A stretch of DNA of 64,000 bases, taken from positions 46,562,001-46,626,000 of the forward strand of contig OX597820.1 in assembly GCA_951406725.2 (NCBI GenBank), given 5' to 3'. This DNA comes from Octopus vulgaris. Taxonomy: Eukaryota. Made by a program: the position numbers and the translations under genes. The notes beneath the pieces were generated by a model, which had not been told where the DNA came from, searched no databases, and was given only the letters and a program-made list of their open reading frames with translations. This document shows positions 27,287-40,026 of this stretch, in pieces; position 1 is the stretch's first letter, and every line of letters begins with the position of its first letter.

Positions 27287-27907
27287 TATATAATATAATC
27301 GTAATATCATGCACAAAATACCTATTTAACAGTTCAAGCTGAACAGTAACCATATCAAACCTCATTAGTCAATGGGCAACAGAAAAAAGAAAAAGCACAC
27401 TGTCCTTTCTCACGCATTCTTCAGGTAGGGTTGTTTTAAGTCATTTAGACAGATTTATTCAAATTGGACCACTCACCAAGAGAGGACTCTGCACACACAC
27501 TCAAGCAGAGGACATATGATGAATTTTTAGTATATCATTGGGGCAAATGACGAAGCCTCAAATCCTTGATGCTTTTTGGCTGGAACTGGCATACTTCATG
27601 AGACATAAAACATCAATTTTCAGCATTTGTAGAGTAGAGGACCTCACTAACAATTCTTTAATTGGGCCCTGCACATCCTAGCATCTGGCCCTGCTTCAGA
27701 TTACATAATTACAAAAAAAGAAAACCAGTATAGGTGGACCAATCTAACACTATTCTAACAACTGTAGCCTGAAATTTAAAGGAATTACAAAGTACTAGTT
27801 AGACAAGTGATTGACATGCCTGCCCTCATCTAACCAGCTCAGTGTGATAAAGCAATAAGCATCTGCTCCTTTATGTGACTAGGGGCATTACATAAGATCC
27901 AACATAC

Positions 27908-28109
27908 CTTGTGGATCAATCATAAGAGGCCATCTTCGTGACTTAGAGGTGATAATAGCATTATCAATACTGAAGTTATCTGCAGGAAGCCCTGCTATCT
28001 GCCACTCGCGAATCTTCACCTGGTCACCAAGACAGGTATTGAAGGAAAAGTCTGGGGAACAAGGAATATTTTTCTCTTGACACAGTTCCACCCACTCTTT
28101 TATGATAGT
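27908..28109 (-). CDS. DNAH3: Dynein heavy chain exon, start of AAA5
   Basis: TIIKEWVELCQEKNIPCSPDFSFNTCLGDQVKIREWQIAGLPADNFSIDNAIITSKSRRWPLMIDPQ; cag/gtatg. Confidence 0.93.
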
Positions 28110-28659
28110 CTGCAAAATAAAAGCATGTTGCATATATGTAACAAACAAACTACAGATGTCTGACATACTGTTGATATTGCTATAAAAAAATAAATGCGCC
28201 CTTTTTAAAGCCTAGCCAGATTCATGGGCCTGGTTTCCCGGTTTCTATGGCATATGTGTTCCCTAGCTGGACGAGACGCCAGTCCATCGCAGCGTTACTC
28301 ATTTTTTCCAGCTGAGTGGACTGGAGCAACATAAGATGAAGTGTTTTGCTCAAGAACACAACGCATCGCCAGGGTCCAGGAATCAAAACCACAATCTTAC
28401 GATCATGGTGCTGACACCCTAACCACTAAGCCATGCGCCTCCACTGATATTGTTATAGTGTAACATTAATGATTGTCTACAAAATAAAAGAATGTTGCAA
28501 ACATGTATCATACAAACTAAAGACTTTTGACACACTGCTGACGTTACAGTGTAATGCATACAACAGATAGAAGTTAATCTGTACCACACAATGTAGATAT
28601 GTTTATAGTGTAACACATTCTCTCTTTTGAGTTGCAGTGTAACGCACATGAAAAATATA

Positions 28660-29172
28660 CTGTAAATCCTTGAGTATAATCCGCATTTTTTCCCCAAAAT
28701 TTAAAGGTCAAAATCCCTAGTGCGTACTATATACGAGGTTAAAAATGAAAATTATTTTCTAAACGATGTCCGAGACTCTATTTGCTGTCCGGCAACGTTT
28801 ATTCAGACGCATTTTGTGACGTCGGGCGCAAAAATACCTTAAGCTAAGCCTGAAAGCAATGAAGTCATAAAAGAATCATCCATAACTTGCAGTAAGCAAC
28901 ATTTATTAAACGTTATTACTGTTATTTCTTTATTTTCTGCAAACAAAATGCACAAAAATGCTACACGTTTGCATTATGTTATATATACAATAATAATAAA
29001 GGACATTACCATATATATTTTTTCACAAACCAAGGACGTTATCTAGACCTCCTTGACTCAAGTTAGAGAAGGGGTGTGTATTATACACAAGGTTTAGGTT
29101 TTCCAGAGGTACAGCCCCCAAAAATCCCCTGCGTATTATACTCAAAGGTGGACTATACTCGAGGATTTACAG
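28660..29172. mobile_element. pogo/Tigger-type MITE, inverted copy
   Basis: Same TIRs; TA target duplication on both sides. Confidence 0.85.
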
Positions 29173-29801
29173 TATGTTATATTGTAACATACACTGTATG
29201 CTACAGAGTCATATAATACTATAACATCCAATGCTAAAATATTTACTGTGTAATTTTCTTTCAGTGCCGATTGACTGGCTCCTGTACTGGTGACATGTAA
29301 AAAGTACCCACTACACTCTCAGAGTGGTTGGTGTTAGGAATGGCATCCAGCTGTAGAAACCTTGCCAAATCAGATTGGAGCCAGGTGCAGCCTCCTGGCT
29401 TGCCAGTCCTCAGTCAAACCATCCAACCCATACCAGCATGGAAAGTGGATGTTAAACGATGATGATAATGATGATGATAGGTACAGTGTCATGGAGATAT
29501 ATGGTTTACAGTGTAACTGTGCATTGTATCAATAATAAGGCGAAACACAAACACATCTTTTATCTTTCTTTTGTATTTTACTAGTTTCAGTCATCAGACT
29601 GTGGCCATGCTGAGGCACCACCTTGAAGAATTTTAGTCAAATGAATCGACATGAACACATCAGTACCTAAACACATACATACACAGCAACTCTCAAATAC
29701 TCACGCCTACCCTATCATACACACACAAACACAATTTTCTGATGGAAAACAAGGCAAGACAAACAAGTGCAAACATCGATGATATTAAACTCAGGACTCA
29801 C

Positions 29802-30062
29802 TTGTCTGAAATCTACAGTAAAAGCACCAAGATATGCAACTACACCAGATGCAAGCAGAACATCTCCAGTAATGCAATCATACAATTCTCCCAGTCCTTT
29901 AGCAGCTTTTGTCCAACGGTCTTTCTCTCCCCCTAGACCACCAATCAGCTGTTCAGCCCGGTCCAGTTTCTTGGAACAGATATCAATGTTGTCTTCAAGT
30001 TCTTTCTTTTTCTGGGTCATTGCTTCAAATTTATCATTCAATGCTTGTAGTTTATCTGCAAC
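29802..30062 (-). CDS. DNAH3: Dynein heavy chain exon, end of stalk
   Basis: VADKLQALNDKFEAM...KLDRAEQLIGGLGGEKDRW...GDVLLASGVVAYLGAFTVDFRQ; tag/gtgag. Confidence 0.93.
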
Positions 30063-32033
30063 CTATGATAAAAGATAAGGAGATAAAGATAGGGAAATAA
30101 AGGTGAGAGGGAATGAGAAAGAGAAAAAAAAGGTCTTGTATTGACAGATTAATTAAAAGTAGTACAAGTTAGCTATTGAATAATTACTTACATTGACACA
30201 AAGTCACAGATTTGCAAAGGTATAGTTGACTGAATCAACTAACCTCAGCACATGACGGATGCATTTATTTTATGTGAGATGGAAAAAGGCAAAGTCAACT
30301 TTGTCAGAGTTTGAACTTAGGACATAAAGTAATGTAACTAAATCAGGGACTCTCCTGTCGTAGGTAACAGGTGAGGTTCAGCAATTTATTGTTGAACAAC
30401 CTGCACAGGTGATTTGGTTTTGGGAATCAAACATTTGTTTTTTTGTATGCTAGCTCACTCCTTCCATCAAATTGAAATTGCCTGAACAGGTGCATGGTTT
30501 ACAACACACCAGGTGTCAAAGAGATTGCAGAGTAATGTGAGATGAAGTGTTTTGCTCAAGAACACAATGCACCACCCAGTCCAGGAATTGAAACCACAAT
30601 TTTGTAATCATGAGTACAACGCCCTAACCACTAGACCAAGTGTGTTCACAAAGTACCTAAATTTCAGCAATTTCAAAAATCAATTGTTTCCAATGTCGGC
30701 AGAAATTTGGTGGAGGTTAGATGATTAAACTGACTCCTGTACTTGACGAGTACTTCATTTTATAGACTCTAAAAGGCAAAGCTGACTTTGACAAGATTTG
30801 AATTCAGAATGTAAAAAGGCAGAGGAAGTCCAAAGCTCTAACTGTCTGTTTCCATGACTGTGTTTATGTTAGCACCAGGTTAAAGATCTGTGTTATTTCA
30901 TATCTGTTTATGTCCTGTAACTTAACTATTCAACAATTCTTCACCATCGTATCATCATTATCATCCTCATTGTTGCAATGTCAACTTTTCCATGTTTGCC
31001 TGAATCAAATAGAGTTAAGTAAGGCAGATTTTTTTCCCTTTCTGCTACCAAACAACTTGATAATTTCCCATGGCCAGCCATCCAGGCATGTTTTTACAGA
31101 ATATTGGAAATGAATTATTCTACTTGTTTGACAGTGACACTCATTTTCAACCACCATGTAATATCAAGACATGGAGACAAACATACACACATTCACATTT
31201 ACACACACACACATGATGGGCTTCTCTCAGTTTCTTATTTCTTTATTGCCCACAAGGTGCTAAACATAGAAGGGACAAACAAGGACAGACAAAGGGATTA
31301 AGTCGATTACATTGACCCCAGTGCATAACTGGTACTTAATTTATCGACCCCAAATGGATGAAAGGCAAAGTTGACCTCAGCAGAATTTGAACTCAGAACG
31401 TAACATCAGACGAAATACCACTAAGCACTTCGCCCAGTATGCTAACGTTTCTGCCAGCTCACCGCCTTCTCTCAGCCGGCTTCTCTCAGTTTCTGTCTAC
31501 CAAATCTGCTTGCAAAGCTTTGGTTGGCCCATGGCTATAGAAGACACTTGCCCCAAGTGCCACACATTTTACATCTCTTTTAGTAACTATGTTCTTTATG
31601 TCTGTTTATGCTCTGTAACTTAACAGTTCAACACAGAGAAGTCAATAAAATATATACAAGCTGAAATATGTATTGGTATTAATATAATCAACTAAACACT
31701 TGAAGATGGTGCTCCACCCCAGTATGGTTGCAGTCCAGTGATTGAAACCGGTAAAATAAAAGTCATTTCTAGCAAATCTGAAGTGAGATTATAGTTAGCT
31801 CAACTGAATCAATTCTCAGTATATAGCACTATCAACTAAGTCATACCAGTAATTAGTAACCTACCAACCATCTGGCACTCTCCTGACACTCCATTGGTTA
31901 CAACAACAAGGGTTCCAATTGATCCAATCAATGGAACAGATTGCTGGTGAAATTTACATGCAAGTGGCTGACCACTCCACAGACATATGTACTCTTAATA
32001 TGGTTCTCATGGAGATTCAGCATGACACAGAAA

Positions 32034-32541
32034 GGATCAATCTAACACTATTCCAACAACTGTAGCCTGAAATTTAAAAGAATTACAAAGTACTAGTTAG
32101 ACAAGTGATTGACATGCCTGGCCTCATCTAACCAGCTCAGTGTGATAAAGCAGTAAGCATCTGCTCCTTTATGTGACTAAGGCATTACATAAGATCCAAC
32201 ATACCTATTTCTTTACTACCCACAAGGGACAAACAAGGACAAACAAACAGATTAAGTCGATTATATTGACCCCAGTGCATAACTGGCACTTATTTAATTG
32301 ACCCCGAAAGGATGAAAGGCAAAGTTGACCTCGGTGGAATTTGAACTCAGAACGTAACAGCAGATGAAATACGGCAAAGCATTTTGCCCGGCGTGATAAC
32401 GTTTCTACCAGCTTGCTGCCACAACATACCTTGTGGATCAATCATAAAAGGCCATCTTCATGACTTAGAGATGATAATAGCATTATCAATACTGAAAGTT
32501 ATCTGCAGGAAGCCCTGTTATCTGCCACTCGCGAATCTTCA
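32034..32541 (-). pseudogene. Duplicated, inactivated 3' half of exon 27908-28109 plus about 170 nt of its downstream intron, interrupted by a SINE
   Basis: Near-identical to 27736-28018; carries a CGA>TGA change and a 1-nt insertion (ctgaagtt>ctgaaagtt). Confidence 0.9.
32207..32421 (-). mobile_element. tRNA-derived SINE inserted in the pseudo-exon copy
   Basis: Same family as 1649-1885; 10-bp TSD caacatacct at 32197-32206 and 32422-32431. Confidence 0.88.
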
Positions 32542-33633
32542 AGGCTGGCCCTTTGAATTACAAGAACTCATTTTTGCCAGCTGAGCAGACTGGAGCAACA
32601 TGAAATAAAGTGTCTTGCTCAAGAACGGAGTGCGTCACAGGAGACTGAACTCATGACCATACGATTGTGAGCTGAATACCCTAACAACTAAAGCATGTGC
32701 TTTCACTTACCAACATTATATAACAATAAAATCAATACATACCAAAACAGACACAGGTGTGGCTCTTTGGCTGAGAAGTTTGCTTCTCACTGCACAACAC
32801 CTCGGGCAGGTATCTACTACTATAGTCCTAGGCCAACCAAATCTTTAAGAGTAAATTAAGTAGACAAAACCTGAAAGAAGCCTAATGTATGTCTGTATGT
32901 ATGTATGATTTACATTCTTTTTGAGAGAGTTCAAGCCAGTCACTAACAAAGCAACAAGACTTTTTGAGTTAAGATCTCAATGTTTGAAGATATGTAGTTG
33001 AGTTGGTGTGTTGATTAAACTGTCAATGCATACACCCAAGTGTGTGCATCTATTCACATAAGAATCTGAGATGGAAAATCCTTGGAACGTCTTACAAATC
33101 TTCACTATACCACTGATAGATTAGATTTGGAGAATCTGTATCAGTTTCTTTTGCTCTTGTTCCTGAAACCAAGAATTTCTAGGTTTTTGTGTTAATCTGT
33201 TGGTACATAACCTAATGCACTTATGATGATAGGTAGAAATGAGAATTCATAGTCAGGGTACAAGAGCTGTGAGTTCTGCATTAATTCACCATAAATGTTC
33301 TTTCTACTGGACTTTTGATGCATGTATGTGTGTAAGCACATGTGTGTGTGTGTGTGTGTGCGCGCGCACATGTGTGTGTACCCTCATCTCACATGATAGC
33401 AGTGAATGAGCATCACCATCATATAAGCGATGCTCAGTTCCAGTCAGCCATACAAAACATTCTTGGTGATGGGGAAATATTACCATACTTGGAAACCGGT
33501 GAGGGTTGGCAACAGGAAGGTCATCCAGCTGCAGAAAATCTACCTCGACAAATTCTGTCTGACCTGTGGAGGCATGGAAAAGTGAATGCAAAATGATGAT
33601 AAAAATAGTATTAAAAGTGGGGGCCACATTTAC

Positions 33634-33841
33634 CTCTTTCAGTTGTGCTCGTTTCTCATCAAGTTTCTGCATCTGCATACTCAATTCAGTTTCTGCTTCC
33701 AAAAGTTTAATTTTCTTTGGAGCCACAACTTTGGCTACTTTATCATACTGGTCCATTGCTCTGACCCAACGGCAGAGACCTTCACAGGCAGTTGATGCTT
33801 GTTTCACTACATTGGGATCAAATTCAGGATTTGGTATATAA
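33634..33841 (-). CDS. DNAH3: Dynein heavy chain exon, MTBD into CC2
   Basis: YIPNPEFDPNVVKQASTACEGLCRWVRAMDQYDKVAKVVAPKK...KRAQLKE; tag/gtaaa. Confidence 0.93.
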
Positions 33842-33951
33842 CTAGGAGAGAAGAAAGAACACACCAGATATATATGTATGTATATATATATATAGTACGT
33901 TTAAATATTTGTTGTGCAAGATTTTTTATGTGAAGTCATGTGTTGAAACAG

Positions 33952-34419
33952 ATATTGTTATATTTCGGAATGGTCATATTGCCAGTTTAGCCAATAAAAA
34001 CACACGCACTATATATTTGGTGTTATTTTGCTTCAGTGATATTTATTTTTTACATTAATCTTAATCTTATTTCGGCCAAAGTTCTTTCGTCACACTCCTG
34101 TGACCGCATCAGTGGTCCTTTGTTTTCTTCTCACTTATTTGTGTCTCTCCTTACTAACCATCAGCCATTTTGTATTTCTATTGTATACAATAGAAATACA
34201 AAATGGCTGACGGTTAGTAAGGAGAGACACAAATAAGTGAGAAGAAAACAAAGGACCACTGATGCGGTCACAGGAGTGTGACGAAAGAACTTTGGCCGAA
34301 ATAAGATTAAGATTAATGTAAAAAATAAATATCACTGAAGCAAAATAGCACCAAATATATAGTGCATGTGTTTTTATTGGCTAAACTGGCAATATGACCA
34401 TTCCGAAATATAACAATAT
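33952..34419. repeat. 468-bp near-perfect palindrome with no spacer
   Basis: Centre ttgta|tacaa at 34185/34186; the ORF track shows mirror ORFs on both strands. Confidence 0.95.
34254..34297 (+). ncRNA. Degenerate hammerhead-like motif (mirror copy at 34074-34117 on -)
   Basis: gacca CTGATGCG gtcaca-ggag-tgtgac GAA AGaaCT T tggcc. Confidence 0.4.
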
Positions 34420-34907
34420 ATATATATATATACAAATATGAGAGAGAATCCACTATGTGGACGCTCTTACGCTAGATAGATCCGCAGATCTATATCTAGC
34501 GTAGATATAGATCCGCGGATCTATATCTAGCATAACAGCGTCCACATAGTGGATTCTCTCTCATATTTGTGTATTAATAATATTTACTGAATCTCAGTCT
34601 TGTTGTGCTAGGCCACTTGGTGTTTAAATTGATGTTATTAAATTAATATCCAATTTTTTCACCCTCATTTTGACTTTAATTATATATATATATATGTGTA
34701 TGTATGTATGTATGTATGTATGTATGTATGCATGTAAGTATATATACATGCATACACACAGACACATATACTCATATACATATATATGTCTGTGTTAATC
34801 TAATTACTTTTAAGATTGAAGTTTTTATAACTGATAATTTTTAGTGAAAGAAAACTTTTTTTAGATATTGAGACTGTATCAAGAAATTTTTCTAAAATAC
34901 TTTTTAA

Positions 34908-34939
<32 letters not shown>

Positions 34940-36027
34940 GTATTCTAACAGAAGCTTTAACTATTATGTACCCACAGTAAATATTTAATTCACCTAAAAT
35001 ACTGATATCTTGTTTTCTTTGCTTGTGTTTTAATGTATGCTTAATTAATGTCACTTACAAACACATTATTTCACGACGATGATGACGACAAGGGATGGAT
35101 GGATGGATGGATGGATAAGGAGGGAAAGGCAGCATGCAAGACCATCTTTCTCAAGGCCTCAAAGACTAGTTAGTGACAGGAAGCAACAAGAATATACTTA
35201 AAGCAGAGACTTGGCTCAAATTCCTACAAGAAAGTATCTCTGCTAAAGGCACCCAAGAGCCAGGTAGCAGTGCTAAATTGAACAGAAAATTAAGTCCACT
35301 ATTCAAGAACTCAGAATGCAAAGAGTTGAAGCAACTACCACAAGACATCTTAGTTGATGCTCAGACAATTCTGCTAATCTACAGACAGGCATTTTTTATT
35401 TTACCAATACCAAAACAGATAAAAGATACAGGTGACCTCAGTGACAGCAGTGGTGAGGTCAACTGAAGAAAGTGGTTGTTGACAAAAGAAGAAGCTCATT
35501 GTATGTCAATATGTGTGATTCATTGCATCAACCAGACTATAAAATGTGGTTATACACTGCTGATTACAATGCGCTTCTGCATATCATTGCAGCTTTTGAA
35601 TGATGCCACCTCGCTGGCTAGGTGGGCAGGCCAACTTTCTCCTTGAATGGCACACCAGTCCATTGCATGGGTACCCATTTACAGCTGAGTGGATTGATGT
35701 TTTGCTGCAGAACACTAAGTACTGCCTGTCTGGAAACTGAAAGCAAAACCTTGCAAATTGTGAATGCAACACCCACCCGAATCACTATGCCATATTCTGT
35801 GTATGTGTGAGCCCAAACATTTCATTTCACATTGTCCCAGTCCATGCAGCTATAAATGGATAACCTTGCAATGGACTGGTATTCCATTCAAGGAATACCA
35901 GGGAATGTTGGCCTGACCACCTAGCCAACAGGATGGCATCATTCAAAAGCTGCGACAATACAAAGAAGCACATTGTGATCAACAGTGTATAATCATGTTT
36001 GATAGTCTTGTTGATAGAATGATACAA

Positions 36028-36062
<35 letters not shown>

Positions 36063-36074
<12 letters not shown>

Positions 36075-36310
36075 GAAATAAGGTACTCAGAAATCTGGAT
36101 GGTTTTATATTTACAGATTTTTATTAAAATGTCACATGTTTTTATAAATTATATATTAGCGCTTGCATCCACTCTAGTAGATTCTTCAGAATCTACTAGA
36201 GTGGATGCAAGCACTAATATATGATTTATAAAAACATGTGACATTTTAATAAAAATCTGTAAATATAAAACCATCCAGATTTCTGAGTACCTTATTTCTT
36301 CTAATATATA
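36063..36310. repeat. Inverted repeat, ~123-bp arms, 2-nt loop
   Basis: Centre gattct-tc-agaatc; flanked by (TA)n. Confidence 0.95.
36157..36189 (-). ncRNA. Hammerhead-like motif, A13 mutated, stem I truncated
   Basis: CTGAAGA atctac-taga-gtggat GCA AGCGCT A. Confidence 0.45.
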
Positions 36311-37239
36311 ATAATATAATACCTGTACATCACCTCCAAACCTTCTAACATATGCATGTGTGTGTGTACCTACAATGGGCCTCTTTTCTGTATTTGTGAG
36401 AGTGTGTATGTTTGTGTCTCCTTATTTTGACATCATGTGATTCTTGTAAATGGTAGTGTCATTCATTTTCAATCTTCAGCGATTACATATCTGACCATGA
36501 AAAATACTACTCTTGAGATGAGTTGACACAGTAAGAGACGAAACTCTTCTGTGGGACAGGACTGACAACAGTATGTTTCCTAGGATCAGGATACATTCCT
36601 ACTGAGAAAGAAACTGAAGAGGAGCTTTGTAAGTATACAACCTATCTCTGGAGCACATTGTTTTAAGAAAATGGATGACAGGACCCTACTAAGACTGGTT
36701 GTCTCTTTTGAACTAGAGAGATTGAATGAGTTTTCATACAAGCTAATTATGTGTATGAGTGGGTGCTGAAAAGTTCCTGGCTGTGGGCAAAGAAAATACA
36801 GAAGGATCAGTTAAATATGATTTTATATGTAATATATTGTATTTGATATATTTCCCTCTTAGATTCACACATTTATTACAGTGGTCCTTCATTTATTTTA
36901 GCCCTGGAAAAGAACTCAGAAGGTTGGGCCATCAACCAGTCTTTCGTGATACCCCAAAATTCAGGAATTTTTCAGCATCCACTCATATATGTGGTAGTGA
37001 AACAGGATAGTGCAGAAAAGATATATTGCAAGAGGTCACATTGTATAGAGAGGGTGGTGATGTATACAGCAAAAAATAGAGGCTTTTACAATGAGTGTAC
37101 TGCTATCAGTAGACCCATGTTAGCAGTTGTCTCGGTTAAAAAGTGATAAGTAGGAGGATTTCAGAAAGTAAGAGCAACAGTAAAATGGCAAAAATAATAT
37201 ATAATAAAACAAGTACAAATTTTAACAAGAAATACCAAC

Positions 37240-37451
37240 ATTTTCCTGATACGGGACATAATAGCTGGTGCTATGTTGTCTTTGTTGTAAGTTTTCAGTT
37301 TTTCCAAAAACTTCATGTCACCAAGGAGCTTCAGTGAAGGTCCCCAATAATCATCAAACATTTTCCCACTGCCATCAGGTTTTCTTTCAGGTTTAATCAT
37401 TAACATGACGCATACTGATTCCATGACCAATTTCACAACTGTTGGTGGATT
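37240..37451 (-). CDS. DNAH3: Dynein heavy chain exon, microtubule-binding domain
   Basis: NPPTVVKLVMESVCVMLMIKPERKPDGSGKMFDDYWGPSLKLLGDMKFLEKLKTYNKDNIAPAIMSRIRK; donor gttggt chosen because the phase requires it. Confidence 0.88.
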
Positions 37452-38967
37452 CTGAAAGATAAGACATATAAAGTTTGAACATATGTACACACACATACAC
37501 ACACACACACAGGTCATTCTGGTGATATGGATTGGACAAAGAGAAAGAGGTCACTTTATTAACAACAGATGTACACAGAGATTCAAATTAATAACAAAAG
37601 TTAGTGGATTTTGAAATATAAGAGAGAGTGAATGGCAATTTTGGTAATTTTATGCAACGTCTTCATGAGTTAAATTTCTTACAAACGCTAAGGCCTACGT
37701 TTTTACATTTAAAATTCAGTTAAAAAATTTTCTTAGATAAGATAAGTAATGAATTTCCTTATAACAAACAATATTGTTGCATTTTGAATTGAATTTTGTT
37801 TGATTATTATTGTAAAAATATTGCTTTCTATATTGTTATTTGATAATTATACATTACGATACATATATTTATTTACTTATTATTTTTATTATTGTTATTA
37901 TCTTGTGAATTAACGTATTACATATAATTTACATTGGGAAATAGTTTTGTAAGACAAAATGTTATCGAATAGGTAGGAATTTTTATTTGTTATGTAATAT
38001 TGCATTTAAGTAAATACTTTTAATAATAATAGAAATTTTGGTTACTTCTATAAATGAGTGTAATATTAAATCTATATATAAACTGAATTAATTATAAAAC
38101 AAGTTTCACTAATTTGTGTGCATATATTTGAACCATTTTTCTATTTTTAATTCTTGTAGTCATAGTTTGTGGTAGTATTTTGTATATAAGTTAGCTTGAA
38201 GTTTTTTAGTATATATTACTTAATTAGAATAAGATTTAACTTACTTGTTTATTAAATAAATAAATTAATTAATTAATAATTAAATGTATGTAGATTAAAT
38301 TATAGTATTTTAGCTTCACTTAATGTATATTATGTATTTGATATATATATATTTTTTGTTTTAAATATTTTGTTTTAATTACTTGTATTTTAATTTTCCA
38401 GTAATGATATACTATAGTTTGTTATTTTTTTTTCTATAAGCTAAAATATATTTTCATAGATAAAATAAATATTTATATCTATTTATTCTAGTTCTATTTA
38501 CACCACGTTTTTAATGCGCTAAATGCATTATAAACACTAAGTCCTATATGTTAAGTTTAAAGATTTAGTTAACAGAATATATTAGGTAAGATATTTTGTG
38601 TTTTGTTTCAAGATATATTGTTGAATTTAGTTCGATTAATTATTGAAAAATTACGTATTTTATATATATTTATATTTTCTTATAAGATGATATATGTACA
38701 TTTATTTAATTATTTTATTGTTTTTATCTTGGACTTCATGAGTGACTATATTTAAATTGAATTGATTTTACTGTTATCAGTTTGAAAATATAGCCACAAA
38801 ACACGTGTAGTCTCTTTACTAATTATATACTATTTATTATTATTTCATACTTTATTTAGCTTTAGGTAAATGTTTTATCATATCTTTAATTTTTTTCTAT
38901 ATGGTATGAATTAATTATATCATTGTTGAATTGCTACATGGTGGTTCTTCTCTAATTTATACACATG

Positions 38968-39043
<76 letters not shown>

Positions 39044-40026
39044 TTACATATATGTGCACGTATGTATGTATACACGTGCACATATATATGCAGATATATA
39101 TATGTATATATGGGTACAGGACATTACCAACTTTGTAAACAACATGAAATACATAGACCAACGAGTTAACTACATAAATACACTGTGTTAAATACATAAA
39201 CGAGAGGAAAATGGAAAACAGGACAAGTAAACATAGAGAAACGACTCTTCATCAGTTTTCAGTTGTCTATCTACTCCTCATTTCAAGCATTCAACGACAA
39301 TATGAATTTTCAAAGACAGTTGCTCCCATAAATATAAATGTATAGATAGATTGATATATATATATATATATATATGTAAAACTTAATTGGAAGAGGATGC
39401 GTGGTGTTCAATCATATAATAATATAAATAATATATGTATGTGCATATATACATACATATATATACATACTTACATCATTATGTATATATATATATGCAT
39501 ATGTGGGCACAGGATGTCACAAAATGTGTACAACAAAAAAATACAAAGCACAAGTACATGGAACATGAACTACTCTTTCAAACAATAAAAGACACAAAGC
39601 AAGCAACATAAAGAATGACCCTTCATCAGTTGTTGGCTGTTTTTCTAGTCTCATATTTTGATCATTTAACAAGATACGCTTTTGATAAAACATTAGCTCC
39701 CGCAATGCAAATTAAATAAATTTTGGGATTTTGTGGAGGGTCAAAATTGATAACACAAACAGGACAGTGAAAATGAACAGGAGGGGCTGCTAAGCCTAAA
39801 TGAGGTTGTGGTGGCAAATGCGTAAATCAAGCTTGGGCAGGAGACAAACAAGAACATGTCTTCCTTGTACCAGCTACAATGGAGAGAAAGAAACACAAGT
39901 TAGGAGAAGAAAGAAAGATGGCCAATGGTCACATGGGAGCCACGTGAGCAAGGGAGGAGGAGTGAGGAAAAGAGAGTTACAGAATAATATATATACAGAG
40001 AGAGAGAGAGAGAGAGGGGGGAGATA

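Larger units (their letters stand above)
31887..32706 (-). mobile_element. tRNA-derived SINE split by the exon-fragment insertion
   Basis: Flanks align with the uninterrupted copy at about 49001-49326 (…cagcatgacacaga|aggct…gaattac…). Confidence 0.75.

Noticed and set aside
32430-32541. Possible mutually exclusive alternative exon
   Set aside because: Only half the exon, out of order relative to exon 29802-30062, and carries a stop and a frameshift
34036-34335. Two near-identical 66-aa ORFs on opposite strands
   Set aside because: A by-product of the palindrome, not genes
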